Of a stretch of 64,000 nt of DNA, positions 38,173-48,576 are shown piece by piece. Positions within the stretch are counted from its first letter, which is position 1. Every line of letters begins with the position of its first letter. Origin of the DNA: Candidatus Marinacidobacterales bacterium (GTDB taxonomy: Bacteria > Acidobacteriota > Vicinamibacteria > Marinacidobacterales > SMYC01); NCBI GenBank assembly GCA_965224085.1, contig CBDCYI010000005.1, positions 1,472,001 to 1,536,000 on the forward strand. The letters are read 5' to 3'. The position numbers and the translations under genes are program-made. The notes under the pieces were generated by a model. The model did no database searches. It had not been told where the DNA came from and worked only from the letters and a program-made list of their open reading frames with translations.

Positions 38173-38253
38173 AACCGGCTCTTTCTCGACGCCAGCGTGC
38201 TCTTCTCGGCTGCTTACCGCGAACATTCCGGTTTTCGCCGACTCTGGGAGCTT
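38173..38253 (+). pseudogene. PIN-domain toxin N-terminal fragment
   Basis: Translates as NRLFLDASVLFSAAYREHSGFRRLWEL (xFLDA[SN]VLFS); no start codon or continuation. Confidence 0.55.
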
Positions 38254-38560
38254 ATCCTGAGTGCCGATCGAAGAAGTCCAGCACGAGGTGGTTGAACGTC
38301 TCCGGACGCTCCCAGTAAACCGAGTGGCCCGCCTCCGGAACGACGTGGAGCTCGCTTACAGGCACTCTGGAATGCAGATACCGGTACATCGACGGCGGCG
38401 CGTAGAGATCCGCATCGCCGGCGATCAGAAGAGCCGGGAACAACCGCGATTCCATGTCGGCTCAGCTGACCTCGACACCAGGCGGGTGGGCAACGCTCAC
38501 GGGCGATTCCCGTGCTCGAGCTCGACCCATGCCGCCAGTCCTTCGGGGTTTGCCCAGCTT
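38252..38560 (-). pseudogene. alpha/beta hydrolase C-terminal remnant
   Basis: PALLIAGDADLYAPP...AGHSVYWERPETFN; upstream part broken by a stop and a frameshift. Confidence 0.7.
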
Positions 38561-38696
38561 ACTCGTCTGGCGGAACCGTACCCCATCTGGAGGAGAAGAG
38601 AACAAAGTTTCGAACTGAAATTCGCGGCAATTAGAACCACCCTCGCCCACCCTCTTGACTTGTCGCGCCGAACGCGAGACGCTAGCATCCGACAAT

Positions 38697-38775
38697 ACGC
38701 CTAGGGGTGGCCGCTCGGCCTGAGAGCAAACCCTCGGAACCTGATCCGGTTGATACCGGCGTAGGGAAGGGCAGC
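38697..38775 (+). promoter_or_regulatory. TPP riboswitch (THI box)
   Basis: AGGGGTG...CTGAGA...ACCC..GAACCTGATCCGGTTGATACCGGCGTAGGGAA. Confidence 0.93.
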
Positions 38776-38842
38776 TGGCTCTTCTAGCACCAAAGAAGAA
38801 CGGCATTCTCGAGCGAGTCGGTCATCTCCGGCATTTCGGAGA

Positions 38843-41224
38843 ATGACGATGTTCGCTAGGAAAATCCACAATTCCCTTCTCTCCCGGATCCATGTGAGGG
38901 GTCTCGCTTTCACGATGATGCTCGTCGCGGGGATCCCGCCAACGGCGGCGGCGCGAGCGCCGATTCGGGTGCAGGGAGTCGTCCTCGCCCCCACCGGCGA
39001 ACCAGTAGCGGCAGCCCGCATCGAGGTGGACGGGATGGACGGCCGAAAGCCGGTGACCACCACCGACGAGAATGGACACTTTCGGCTTTCGCTTTCGCCG
39101 GGTGAGTGGGAGCTCAGCGTTTCACACCCCACCTATCGGTTGTTGCGCCACCGCGTGAACGTTGCGTCTCAAAATCTCGAGCTCGAGCTTCGGCTCGAAT
39201 GGGTGACCTCGGTCGAAGAGTCGATCACCGTCGTCGGGATTCGAGCGGGAGAAGAAGTCCCGGTGACCAAGCGCAACATGGACCGTGAGGAGATCGAGAA
39301 ATTCAGCTACGGACAGGATGTTCCCGACCTCCTCGAGCACACTCCGTCGATGAACTGGTACTCGGACTCGGGCATCGGGGCTAACTACTCGTATTTCAGC
39401 ATGCGCGGGATCCAACAAACGCGCATCAGCATGACCCTCGACGGGGCCCCTCTCAACGACCCCGCGGAGCACGCGCTGTTCTTCAACAATTTTCACGACT
39501 TCTTGAGCGCTGTCGACAGCATTCAAATCCAGCGTGGCGTGGGCACCTCGTCGGTCGGCTCGCCCGCCTATGGCGGTTCGGTGAACTTCGCGAGCGCGGC
39601 GCCGCCTCGACACAACCGGGGTGATGCTCGGTTGGTAGTCGGCTCGTACGACACCACTCGCGCATCCATTGGCTACGAGTCGGGCGTTTTCGACAACGGG
39701 CTCTACGTCTCCGGACGGTTCTCCTACGCCAAAACCGAGGGTTATCGCGAGCGCTCCGGCGCCGATCATCACACGTTTTTTGTGAACGCGGGTTGGCAGC
39801 AAGAGCGATCGTCTTTGTCGCTGGTCGCCTTCTCGGGCGACGAGAAGTCGCAGCTTGCCTATCTTGCGGTCGACCCGGACACCCTGAGCGAGAACCGCCG
39901 GTTCAACCCGCTCACCGAGGAAGACCGCGACAACTTCGGACAGGACTTCGCCCAAATCAAGTACCTGCGCGAGCTCGGGAGCGATTCGTTGCTGAGCGCA
40001 TCGTTCTATTACAACGGCGCCGACGGTTGGTTCCAGTTGTGGGACGATCCGGTGGCGCAAAACGACTTGCTGCGATTCGGCATCGACCAGGGATTCTTCG
40101 GCAGCATGGTCACGCTGAGCACGAACGTGGACAATCTTTCGGCAACGGTGGGTGTGCACTATAACGACTTCAGCGGCGACCATTTCCTCGATAGCGACGC
40201 CGGCGGTCGGGTGTACAAGAACACCGGCTTCAAGCAGACGACGAACGCCTTCGGCAAGCTCGAGTACCGTCTCGGAGACACGCTCCTTTTCGGCGACGTC
40301 CAATGGCGCTGGGCCGGCTTCTCCTACGAAGGTGACGTCGAGTTGGAGTCGATCGACTGGAACTTTCTCGATCCCAAGTTCGGCGTGCGACAAACGCTCT
40401 CGCCGGGGTTGAGTCTTTACACCTCGATCGGGCGAGCACAGCGCGAGCCGGCGCGCCTCGATCTTCTGCTGGGCGAGGACAACGCCACCGTGCCGCATGA
40501 TCCCGAAGCGGTGAAACCCGAATCGGTGGTGAACTTCGAGGGCGGCGTCACTTGGAACACGCCCCGGCTCGGCTTGCAGGCCAATGTCTATCTGATGGAG
40601 TTCCGGAACGAGATCGCCTTGACCGGCGAGCTGTCGGCAGTCGGTCTGCCGCTACGGCAAAACGTCGACCGCTCCTACCGGCGCGGTATCGAAGTCGATC
40701 TGAAGTGGATGCCGATACCGAAGTGGTCGGTGTTGCACAGTTTGAACCTGAGCAAGAACCGCATCCGAGAATGGGCGCAGTTCTACGATGTCTTCGACGA
40801 GCAGGGGATGTGGATCGGGAGCGAGCCGATCACCTACGAAAACGTACGGCCGCTACTCACGCCCGAGGTCTTGTTCAACCTCGGCGTCGAATGGTCGCAT
40901 CGCGACACCAGCATCGGACTCATGGGTCGCTATGTCGCCGAATCCCAGCTCGACAACACCGGACTCGCCGAATTCCGGACGCTGTCGTTCACCAACTTAG
41001 ACGTGCGGGCGTCGCAAAGCCTGGGTCGCTGGTGGCAAGGTGTCGACGCGCGCGTCACATTGTTCGTCAACAACGTGCTCGACAACCGCGACCAGTTTCC
41101 TAGCGGCTACAGTTATCAATTTCTCGTTCGCAACAACGCCGGCATGGACAGTCTCGACGGCATTCCCTTCTACTATCCGTTGGCGACACGCAACGTCGTT
41201 GTCTCGCTTCAGGTCGGCTTCTGA
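38843..41224 (+). CDS. TonB-dependent receptor, probably thiamine
   Basis: Carboxypeptidase-regulatory-like N-domain, plug (MRGIQQTRI..LDGAPLND, IQIQRG), C-terminal F; downstream of TPP riboswitch. Confidence 0.9.
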   Translation: MTMFARKIHNSLLSRIHVRGLAFTMMLVAGIPPTAAARAPIRVQGVVLAPTGEPVAAARIEVDGMDGRKPVTTTDENGHFRLSLSPGEWELSVSHPTYRLLRHRVNVASQNLELELRLEWVTSVEESITVVGIRAGEEVPVTKRNMDREEIEKFSYGQDVPDLLEHTPSMNWYSDSGIGANYSYFSMRGIQQTRISMTLDGAPLNDPAEHALFFNNFHDFLSAVDSIQIQRGVGTSSVGSPAYGGSVNFASAAPPRHNRGDARLVVGSYDTTRASIGYESGVFDNGLYVSGRFSYAKTEGYRERSGADHHTFFVNAGWQQERSSLSLVAFSGDEKSQLAYLAVDPDTLSENRRFNPLTEEDRDNFGQDFAQIKYLRELGSDSLLSASFYYNGADGWFQLWDDPVAQNDLLRFGIDQGFFGSMVTLSTNVDNLSATVGVHYNDFSGDHFLDSDAGGRVYKNTGFKQTTNAFGKLEYRLGDTLLFGDVQWRWAGFSYEGDVELESIDWNFLDPKFGVRQTLSPGLSLYTSIGRAQREPARLDLLLGEDNATVPHDPEAVKPESVVNFEGGVTWNTPRLGLQANVYLMEFRNEIALTGELSAVGLPLRQNVDRSYRRGIEVDLKWMPIPKWSVLHSLNLSKNRIREWAQFYDVFDEQGMWIGSEPITYENVRPLLTPEVLFNLGVEWSHRDTSIGLMGRYVAESQLDNTGLAEFRTLSFTNLDVRASQSLGRWWQGVDARVTLFVNNVLDNRDQFPSGYSYQFLVRNNAGMDSLDGIPFYYPLATRNVVVSLQVGF

Positions 41225-41230
41225 GTCGTC

Positions 41231-41803
41231 GTGTTGTCTCTCGAGCTCGTCGCTGTCGTCCTCACGCTGGCGGCGGTCTACCTGACGGTGCGCCAGATCA
41301 TCTGGTGCTGGCCGCTCGCCTTGATCAGCGTGGCATTGTACGCGCGGGTTTTCTACGACGCGCGGCTGTACGCCGATATGGGGCTGCAGGGGTTGTACTT
41401 CGGACTGGCCGTCTACGGCTGGTGGTCCTGGTTGCACGGTGGTGAGGATGACGGCGAGCTCGAGGTTTCGCTGACACCGCCGAGGACACGCGCGGTGGCC
41501 TTGCTGGTCGCGACACTTGGCGGGATTCTACTGGGTCAGACGTTAACGCGCTTCACCAACGCGTCGCTGCCGTTCATGGACTCGACGCTGACCTCGTTCA
41601 GCATCGCCGCCCAATGGATGCAGACCCAAAAGCTCCTCGAATCCTGGCTCGTGTGGCTCGCCGTCGATGTCTTCTACGTCGGCATGTTCTTGTACAAAGA
41701 GCTCTATCTCACCGCCGGACTTTACGCCGTCTTTCTCGTGCTCGCCGCCATGGGTTTCGCCGAGTGGCGACGGTCGATGAGAGGGCCGGAGCCGGCGTCG
41801 TGA
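41231..41803 (+). CDS. pnuC: PnuC-family transporter (probable thiamine PnuT)
   Basis: CWP, LYADMGLQ, YGWWSW, PFMDS, LESWLVW..VD. Confidence 0.9.
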   Translation: MLSLELVAVVLTLAAVYLTVRQIIWCWPLALISVALYARVFYDARLYADMGLQGLYFGLAVYGWWSWLHGGEDDGELEVSLTPPRTRAVALLVATLGGILLGQTLTRFTNASLPFMDSTLTSFSIAAQWMQTQKLLESWLVWLAVDVFYVGMFLYKELYLTAGLYAVFLVLAAMGFAEWRRSMRGPEPAS

Positions 41804-42333
41804 TCCGCGTGGCGGTGATTGGCTCTGAATGTACGGGCAAGACAACGCTCGCGACGGCACTTGCCACGCACTACGAGACCGTCTGGGTGCCTGAGTTTGC
41901 ACGCCAGTTCGTGATCGACAAGGGCGCCGCTCCCGAGCTCGAAGATGTCGATGCCATTGCCCGCGGCCAAATCGCCGGCGAGGACGAAAAAGCCGGCGAG
42001 GCTTCCCGTCTTCTTATTCAGGATACCGACCTATTCAGCACGATCCTCTACGCTCGCCACTACTACGGCGATTGCCCTCGCTGGATCGAGGATGCGTTGG
42101 ATAAACGCGCCGCGGACCTCTACCTCCTGGCCGACATCGACATCCCCTGGGTCCCCGACGGGGAGCAGCGTGATCGCGGCCACCGGCGCGAAGAGATGCA
42201 CGAGCTCTTCCGCTGCACTCTCGTCGATCGCCGCCTGACATTCACCGAGATCCATGGCTCACGCAGGGAGCGATTAGAGGTGGCGGTGTCGTTGATCGAC
42301 AGCCTATTGCGTGGAACTGCCAGCTATGTCTGA
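41800..42333 (+). CDS. NadR-like P-loop kinase (ribosylnicotinamide kinase domain only)
   Basis: GSECTGKTTLA, VPEFAR, QDTD, IPWVPDG..R; GTGA overlap with pnuC. Confidence 0.85.
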   Translation: MIRVAVIGSECTGKTTLATALATHYETVWVPEFARQFVIDKGAAPELEDVDAIARGQIAGEDEKAGEASRLLIQDTDLFSTILYARHYYGDCPRWIEDALDKRAADLYLLADIDIPWVPDGEQRDRGHRREEMHELFRCTLVDRRLTFTEIHGSRRERLEVAVSLIDSLLRGTASYV

Positions 42334-42352
42334 AAGTTTTCCACCGCAAGCA

Positions 42353-42729
42353 CTAGCACGGAAAACCCGCAAGCTTGATGTTCTCGGGCTTCAAATCCCG
42401 ATGAACAATCCCCGCCTGATGGGCTTTCGCCAATCCCTCCGTTATCTGGGTCGCGTAGCGGTCGTACAAGGCGGGCGTGATGAGTGGTGGGACGAATCCC
42501 GCGCCGCCCCCCTCGATGTGGTGAGTGCCGGGCGGGTTCCCTGCTATCACTGCTGATTCTGCGGGTTCAACGATCGTGCGAATCAGGTCGGGCCAGACTT
42601 TGGTCAGCGCCTGTGTCGTGCCGACGAAAGCACCGCCCACGTACATGCATACGCCGTGAATCTCACCGTCGAGCTGCGTCGCTATCTCCTCACCGATCCC
42701 ACGATATGGTACTTTCGACTGACACTCCC
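42353..42729 (-). pseudogene. chimeric debris: cysteine-synthase fragment fused to Ser/Thr kinase fragment
   Basis: VEPAESAVI..HHIEGGGAGFVP followed in frame by ATQITEGLAKAHQAGIVHRDLKPEN. Confidence 0.75.
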
Positions 42730-43816
42730 GGCGTTGTTGCACCGCTCTTGGCTGAGCGCGAAATCTACCTATGGTGGTGGCCGAGGTAATGTTCGACCAT
42801 GAAGTATCCCAAGCGCAGCCAGTACAAACACGCGAAGCAGAAGAAGTACCACGTTTCCAACTGGGCGGAATACAACGAAGGGCTGCGCCGCCGGGGCGAT
42901 TTGACGGTCTGGTTTGACGAGGAGGCAATCGCGAACTGGAAGGCCGACAAGAGCGGTAAGCCTGGCGGTCAACGGGTCTATTCAGAGATGGCGATTGAAA
43001 CGGGCCTGGTTGTCCGGATGGTGTACAAGCTTGCCTACCGCCAAACCGAAGGCTTCTTGCACTCGATCGCCTCGCTTCTCCGACTGTGTATCGAGATCCC
43101 GGACTACTCGACGTTGTGTCGGCGGTCGAGGCTGCTCCGCAAGAAGCTGCGGATTGGGAAAGCCGCAAGCAATCAACCAATCCACCTGATGATCGATAGC
43201 ACGGGCTTGAGGATTCATGTTGGAACCACCCGCAAACCGCCAAAGCAGCGCGCCTGGCGCAAGTTGCACATCGCCGTTGATCGCAAGACCGGCAACATTG
43301 TTGCGTCCGAACTGACGGCGTCACGAGCTCGCGACGCAACGCGAGTCCCCCCTTTGCTAACACAGATTCAAGCACCTATAGCGTCGGTGGCGGCGGACAG
43401 TGCATACGACAAGGAAGCGGTCTACGAAGCCATCGAAGCGCACAGCCCTGGACGAAGGACGCGCGTGGTGATTCCGCCGCAACGAAACGCCACGCTCAGT
43501 CAGAATTCGAACACCGCCATGCGGGAACGCGACCGCCATATTCGTGCCATCGAAAGACACGGCCGACGTGAATGGTACAAGCTCTCAGGCTGCACCGAGC
43601 GAAGCATGGTGGAGAACGCGGTCTATCGTTACAAGGCGATCATGAGGCCCGAGATGCGGGCTCGAACGTTGGCGAGGCAACGAGTTGAACACCGAATTGG
43701 GTGCGAGATACTCAACAAGATGACCGCGCTCGGTATGCCCGATACTTACTGCGCCGGGTGACTCTCCGACCGGCACAGGGAGGTCAGCGATTTGCTCCGG
43801 GCCGTGCAACAACGCC
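42730..43816 (+). mobile_element. IS5 family (IS903-like) element
   Basis: 13-bp TIR GGCGTTGTTGCAC / GTGCAACAACGCC; no flanking direct repeat. Confidence 0.9.
42799..43761 (+). CDS. IS5 family transposase (intact)
   Basis: NWAEYNEGLRRRGDLTVW, IDSTG, WRKLH, ADSAYD, RSMVENAVYRYK. Confidence 0.93.
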   Translation: MKYPKRSQYKHAKQKKYHVSNWAEYNEGLRRRGDLTVWFDEEAIANWKADKSGKPGGQRVYSEMAIETGLVVRMVYKLAYRQTEGFLHSIASLLRLCIEIPDYSTLCRRSRLLRKKLRIGKAASNQPIHLMIDSTGLRIHVGTTRKPPKQRAWRKLHIAVDRKTGNIVASELTASRARDATRVPPLLTQIQAPIASVAADSAYDKEAVYEAIEAHSPGRRTRVVIPPQRNATLSQNSNTAMRERDRHIRAIERHGRREWYKLSGCTERSMVENAVYRYKAIMRPEMRARTLARQRVEHRIGCEILNKMTALGMPDTYCAG

Positions 43817-43929
43817 AGTCTTTTATAAACAATATGATGAGAGAGCGCACCCCGTACCACCTGCTGTCCCAGCCAGACAAGACGCCAGAGTATAAACCAG
43901 ACCCGACGACGTCCCTAGTCCAGAACCTA

Positions 43930-43955
43930 AATACTTGACAAAAGTGTCAGGTATT
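43930..43955 (+). promoter_or_regulatory. Rrf2/IscR-type palindromic operator over the -35 box
   Basis: AATACTTGACA-AAAG-TGTCAGGTATT (1 mismatch); contains TTGACA. Confidence 0.75.
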
Positions 43956-43970
43956 GAAAAAATAGAGTCG

Positions 43971-44462
43971 ATGAAGATCACTGCGCAAGAAGAGTACGGT
44001 CTCAGGTGCCTCCTCCAATTGGCCCGCCACGCTGACAGAGCACGCCCCACCACTGTACGGGAGGTCGCAACGAGTGAAGGCCTTTCGATCGCTTACGCGG
44101 AGAAGCTCTTGTACCAATTATCCAAAGCCGGCCTGGTAGAGTCGGTGCGCGGTGTCCGTGGCGGTTTTCGTTTCAAGGGCCGTCCGGATGAAGTCTCCGT
44201 AGGCGATGCGGTGCGAGCGCTTGGCAGCTTTCTCACCCATGCCGCCATCTGCCAGCGCTATACGGGCGAAGAAAGCCAATGTGTCCACAACAAGAACTGT
44301 GGATTGCGGCCGGTCTGGACCACGGTGAACTACCACATCCAAAAACTTCTGGACAACATGCCCCTTGCACTCCTTTTGCAAGACGAACGGCAAGGGCGCC
44401 AGGCGATCGTGGAGATGGCGTCGTTTCCGTTCACACCCGAATCAGCAGGCGGTGTCGTATGA
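43971..44462 (+). CDS. Rrf2 family regulator with three Cys (probable Fe-S sensor)
   Basis: MKITAQEEYGLRCL, SVRGVRGGF, C-x9-C-x5-C. Confidence 0.92.
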   Translation: MKITAQEEYGLRCLLQLARHADRARPTTVREVATSEGLSIAYAEKLLYQLSKAGLVESVRGVRGGFRFKGRPDEVSVGDAVRALGSFLTHAAICQRYTGEESQCVHNKNCGLRPVWTTVNYHIQKLLDNMPLALLLQDERQGRQAIVEMASFPFTPESAGGVV

Positions 44463-45553
44463 AAACGGACGTCGATTTCGAATTTCTCTCGCCACCGGTA
44501 TACAAGGTCGAGTCGAGTAGCCTCCAGTTTCAAGAACAGAGTGATCTCGGCTATTTCATGAAGATGGCCGGCCGTGGCAAGCTCCTGAACGCCGAGTCAG
44601 AGCGTGAGCTCGGCAAGCGTCTATGGATCGCGCGCCGGCGCCTCCTGCGGATTCTCAGGGCATCACGCAGCGAGGACCTTCGCGCCAACGTATTCGAGGT
44701 TCTCCCGTCGAAAAGAGCGGTCACGGCGTCGACCCGCCGCCGGTTGGCGAAAGTCGAGCGCTGTGCACGGGACGTCGCGCTGACATCAAGCTGTCTCCGC
44801 GACGCGCTCTCCGAAACGCTCGCGGAGATGGACGACATCCGGCGCATTTTCGTCGAGTGCAACTTGAGGCTCGTCGTGTGGGTCGCCAAACGATTTCGAG
44901 GCCGCGGCTTCGACTTCATCGACTTGATTCAAGAAGGGAGCCTCGGCTTGATGCGAGCGGTCGATCGTTTCGACCCCGCTGTGGGGGCTCGTTTTTCGAC
45001 TTTCGCGACCCATTGGATCCAGCAAGGGATTCGCCGTGCGCTCGCCGAAAAAGCGCGCATGATCCGTATCCCGGTGAACCGCATACCGGAGGTGCGCCAG
45101 ACGCTCCTCGCACGGGCCAAGATCGCCCAGAAGCTGGGACGCCCCGCCCTTCCTGAGGAAATCGCGGACGCCATCGGCCTTCCTAAACACAAAGTCGAAG
45201 AGCTGCTGCCAGCCATCGCCCCCATCGCTTCGATCGATTCGCCATTGTCAGCCTCTGAGTTGAAGATCGGCGACACCATCGAAGATCGGAAAACACCCAC
45301 ACCTCTGGACAAAGCGATGGAGGATGAGACCCGCCGCGCCATCGCAGCCGTCCTCGACGCGCTCCCTCCACGTCAACGCGTCATCCTATCGATGCGCCAC
45401 GGCATCGGCTATCCAAAAGAGTGCACTCTCGAAGAAATCGGAGACGCGCTAGGCCTATCCCGCGAACGCATCCGCCAGGTAGAAAAAGTCGCCTGCGCCT
45501 CCGTTCGAGAACGCCTCCAAAAAGATCGGCCCAAACTCGCGGCTCCCGTCTAA
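44459..45553 (+). CDS. alternative RpoD/RpoS-like sigma-70 factor
   Basis: Regions 1.2, 2 (NLRLVVWVAKRF, DLIQEG, FSTFATHWI), 3 and 4 (TLEEIG..LSRERIRQVE); no region 1.1; ATGA overlap with rrf2. Confidence 0.9.
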   Translation: MKTDVDFEFLSPPVYKVESSSLQFQEQSDLGYFMKMAGRGKLLNAESERELGKRLWIARRRLLRILRASRSEDLRANVFEVLPSKRAVTASTRRRLAKVERCARDVALTSSCLRDALSETLAEMDDIRRIFVECNLRLVVWVAKRFRGRGFDFIDLIQEGSLGLMRAVDRFDPAVGARFSTFATHWIQQGIRRALAEKARMIRIPVNRIPEVRQTLLARAKIAQKLGRPALPEEIADAIGLPKHKVEELLPAIAPIASIDSPLSASELKIGDTIEDRKTPTPLDKAMEDETRRAIAAVLDALPPRQRVILSMRHGIGYPKECTLEEIGDALGLSRERIRQVEKVACASVRERLQKDRPKLAAPV

Positions 45554-45650
45554 GTCGATGTGCAAGAAAACGGAGATGTGGAGGTAAGCTAGACATCCCG
45601 TTATCCCCCTCCTTTCCTTACACTTCCCTTTGACGATTTTTGAGAGAGCA

Positions 45651-46553
45651 CTAGTCTCGGAGCGCTTTTCCCGTCAGCTGTAGAAAGACGTCGCCTAGGT
45701 TGGGGCGATGGATCTTTAGCTCTTGGACTTCGTTGCCCTCGGATGCTACGCGCGCGAGTAGGTCTGGGAGGGAGCGCATGGCGGCTTTTCCGGTGAGCGA
45801 ATAGGTTCGCGCGTTTTGAGGGTGCGCGCCGAGTGCCCTCAGGCGACGTGCGAGCGTCTCGTTCGGCGGGCGTTCGAGCTGGAGCTCGAGGCTTCGCTCG
45901 AGGGAGGAGTGCGCGACGAGGTCTTCGACCGAGCCTTTCGCGATCAGGCAGCCTTCATCCAAGATCACGAGGCGGTCGCACAAACGCTCGGCTTCGTCCA
46001 TATAGTGGGTCGTGAGTAGTATCGCCATGCCTTCGGCGGCCAAGGCTGATAACGAATCGTAAATCCGCTCGCGCGACTGTGGGTCGACTCCGACCGTCGG
46101 CTCGTCGAGGAGCAGCACCTCGGGGGTGTGCACCACGCCGCATGCGAGGTTGAGGCGTCGTTTCATTCCGCCTGAGAACTCGCTGACGGGTTGTTGAGCT
46201 CTTATTGAAAGCCCTGAAAACTCGAGCAAGTGGTTGCGGCGAGCACGCGCATGGCTCTTAGACAAGCCGTAAAGACGTCCGAAGAAATCGAGGTTCTCCT
46301 CGGCGGTCAGAGACGGGTAGAGTGCTACGCGCTGCGGGACGAGACCGAGCGCCCCCGCGCATTGCACGGTGCCGCTAGACGGCGCGAGAATGCCGGCGAT
46401 CATCCCGATCGTCGTCGTCTTACCCGCCCCGTTCGGCCCGAGGAGGCCAAAGACTTCACCGCGCCTCAGCGAAAAGGAGACGGACCGCACCGCCTCGCGC
46501 TCGCCGTAGTTCTTAGAGAGCGCCTGCACCTCGAGAACGGGTTCGGCTTTCAT
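45651..46553 (-). CDS. ABC transporter ATP-binding protein (DrrA-like)
   Basis: [36 protein letters not shown]. Confidence 0.92.
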   Translation of the reverse strand: MKAEPVLEVQALSKNYGEREAVRSVSFSLRRGEVFGLLGPNGAGKTTTIGMIAGILAPSSGTVQCAGALGLVPQRVALYPSLTAEENLDFFGRLYGLSKSHARARRNHLLEFSGLSIRAQQPVSEFSGGMKRRLNLACGVVHTPEVLLLDEPTVGVDPQSRERIYDSLSALAAEGMAILLTTHYMDEAERLCDRLVILDEGCLIAKGSVEDLVAHSSLERSLELQLERPPNETLARRLRALGAHPQNARTYSLTGKAAMRSLPDLLARVASEGNEVQELKIHRPNLGDVFLQLTGKALRD

Positions 46554-46563
46554 CGAGCCGATT

Positions 46564-48576
46564 CTACAAAAGACGCTTCACGGTCCCGGCGACGCTACCC
46601 GCGGTCAAGCCCAGCTTCTCGAACACGGTGTTTCCCGGCGCAGAGGCGCCGAAACGATCGATGCCGATCGCCCGGCCCATCTCGCCCAAGTAGCGCTCCC
46701 AACCAAGCGTAACGCCGGCTTCGACCGAGACGCGGGCTTTGACAGCTTGGGGTAGCACGCTCTCGCGATATTCGTGCGTCTCCGCCTCGAAGAGCTCCCA
46801 GCAGGGCATCGAGACCACTCGGGCGCGAACGCCGCTCTGGCTCAGAAGATCGCGCGCGGCGAGCGCAAGCGTGACTTCCGATCCGGTCGCAATGAGGATG
46901 GCTTCCGGCAAGCTTTCGCCTTCGGCGTCGGCCAGGACGTAAGCCCCACGGCGCGTACCCGCGGCGCTACCGTTCCCTTCCCGATCGAACGTGGCAATCT
47001 TTTGACGTGTCAGGACGAGCGCGGTGGGACCCTCGGTCCTCTCGATCGCGACGCGCCACGCCTCCGCCGTTTCGTTGGCATCCGCCGGACGCAGCACATG
47101 GAGATTCGGCACGACGCGAAGCGCCATGAGGTGCTCGACCGGTTGGTGGGTCGGCCCGTCTTCTCCGACGCCTACCGAATCATGCGTCCACACGTAAATT
47201 GCCGGCAATTTGCTCAGCGCTGCGAGACGAATGGATGGCCGCATGTAGTCGGAGAACACGAAAAACGTCGATGCATAGGCGCGCACACCGCCGTGATAGG
47301 CCATGCCGTTGACGAGGCTTCCCATCGCGTGCTCGCGGACGCCGAAATGAACGTTCCGGCCCTCGCCCGTCTGTCCGTTGAAGGAGCCCATATCTGTGAG
47401 CGCCGTCTTGGTCGACGAGGAGAGATCCGCGTCGCCGCCCACTAGCTCGGGCACGGTCGACGCGATCGCGTTCAAGACTTTCCCCGAGCTTTCCCGCGTG
47501 GCCAGTTTCTCGCCTGCGTCGAAGCTCGGAAGCGCTTTATTCCAACCGGCGGGTAGCTCATTACGGTGCCGCCGTTCCCATTCCGCGGCCAGCTCCGGAT
47601 AGGCCTCGCGGTAGTGCGCGAAGCGCTTCCGCCAATCGGCTTCGACGGCCTCGCCTCGTTCGAAGGCTTGTTTGAACTGCGCCTTGGCTTCGTCGGGAAC
47701 GTAGAACTCGTGCTTCGGATCCCAACCGAAACCCTCCTTCGTGAGCGCGACTTCTTCGGCGCCGAGCGGCGCGCCATGCGCGGAGGACGAGCCTTGCTTG
47801 TTCGGCGAGCCATAGCCGATCGTCGTGTACACGATGATGAGCGATGGTTGCGCAGTTTCCGCTTTAGCCTCTCGAATCGCCGTGTCGATAGACTCGAGAT
47901 CATGATCGCCGTCTCGAACGCGTTGCACGTGCCATCCATAGGCCTCGTAGCGACGCTCCACGTCCTCGGTCGAGAACGTGAGCGAGGCGGGGCCATCGAG
48001 AGTCACGTCATTGGCATCGTACAAGTAGAGTAGCTTCCCAAGCCGAAACTGTCCCGCGATGGAAGCCGCTTCGCCCGAGATCCCTTCCATCAGATCGCCA
48101 TCGGAGACCAGTGCATAGGTGTAGTGGTCGACGACGGAATGGTCCGGGCGGTTGAAACGATGATGAAGCATCCGCTCCGCCATCGCCATTCCCACGGCGT
48201 TGGCGGTACCCTGGCCGAGCGGCCCGGTCGTTGCTTCGACTCCCGGTGTCTCGTTCGATTCGGGGTGTCCGGGCGTCCGGCTGCCCCACTGGCGGAAGGC
48301 GAGAAGATCGTCCATCGTGACGTCATATCCGCTCAAATGCAGCAGCGCATAGAGCAACATCGAACCATGGCCCGCCGAGAGAACGAAGCGATCGCGATCC
48401 GGCCAGTCAGGGTTATTGGGATTGTGGCGAAGGTGGTTTTGCCACAAAACGTAGGCCATCGGCGCCGCACCCATCGGAAGCCCCGGATGGCCCGAGTTTG
48501 CCTTTTGAACCGCATCGATGGCCAGGGTGCGGATGGTGTTGACGCACAGCTGGTCAAGCGAGATGGCGGTGCTCAT
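46564..48576 (-). CDS. tkt: transketolase
   Basis: [37 protein letters not shown]. Confidence 0.97.
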   Translation of the reverse strand: MSTAISLDQLCVNTIRTLAIDAVQKANSGHPGLPMGAAPMAYVLWQNHLRHNPNNPDWPDRDRFVLSAGHGSMLLYALLHLSGYDVTMDDLLAFRQWGSRTPGHPESNETPGVEATTGPLGQGTANAVGMAMAERMLHHRFNRPDHSVVDHYTYALVSDGDLMEGISGEAASIAGQFRLGKLLYLYDANDVTLDGPASLTFSTEDVERRYEAYGWHVQRVRDGDHDLESIDTAIREAKAETAQPSLIIVYTTIGYGSPNKQGSSSAHGAPLGAEEVALTKEGFGWDPKHEFYVPDEAKAQFKQAFERGEAVEADWRKRFAHYREAYPELAAEWERRHRNELPAGWNKALPSFDAGEKLATRESSGKVLNAIASTVPELVGGDADLSSSTKTALTDMGSFNGQTGEGRNVHFGVREHAMGSLVNGMAYHGGVRAYASTFFVFSDYMRPSIRLAALSKLPAIYVWTHDSVGVGEDGPTHQPVEHLMALRVVPNLHVLRPADANETAEAWRVAIERTEGPTALVLTRQKIATFDREGNGSAAGTRRGAYVLADAEGESLPEAILIATGSEVTLALAARDLLSQSGVRARVVSMPCWELFEAETHEYRESVLPQAVKARVSVEAGVTLGWERYLGEMGRAIGIDRFGASAPGNTVFEKLGLTAGSVAGTVKRLL

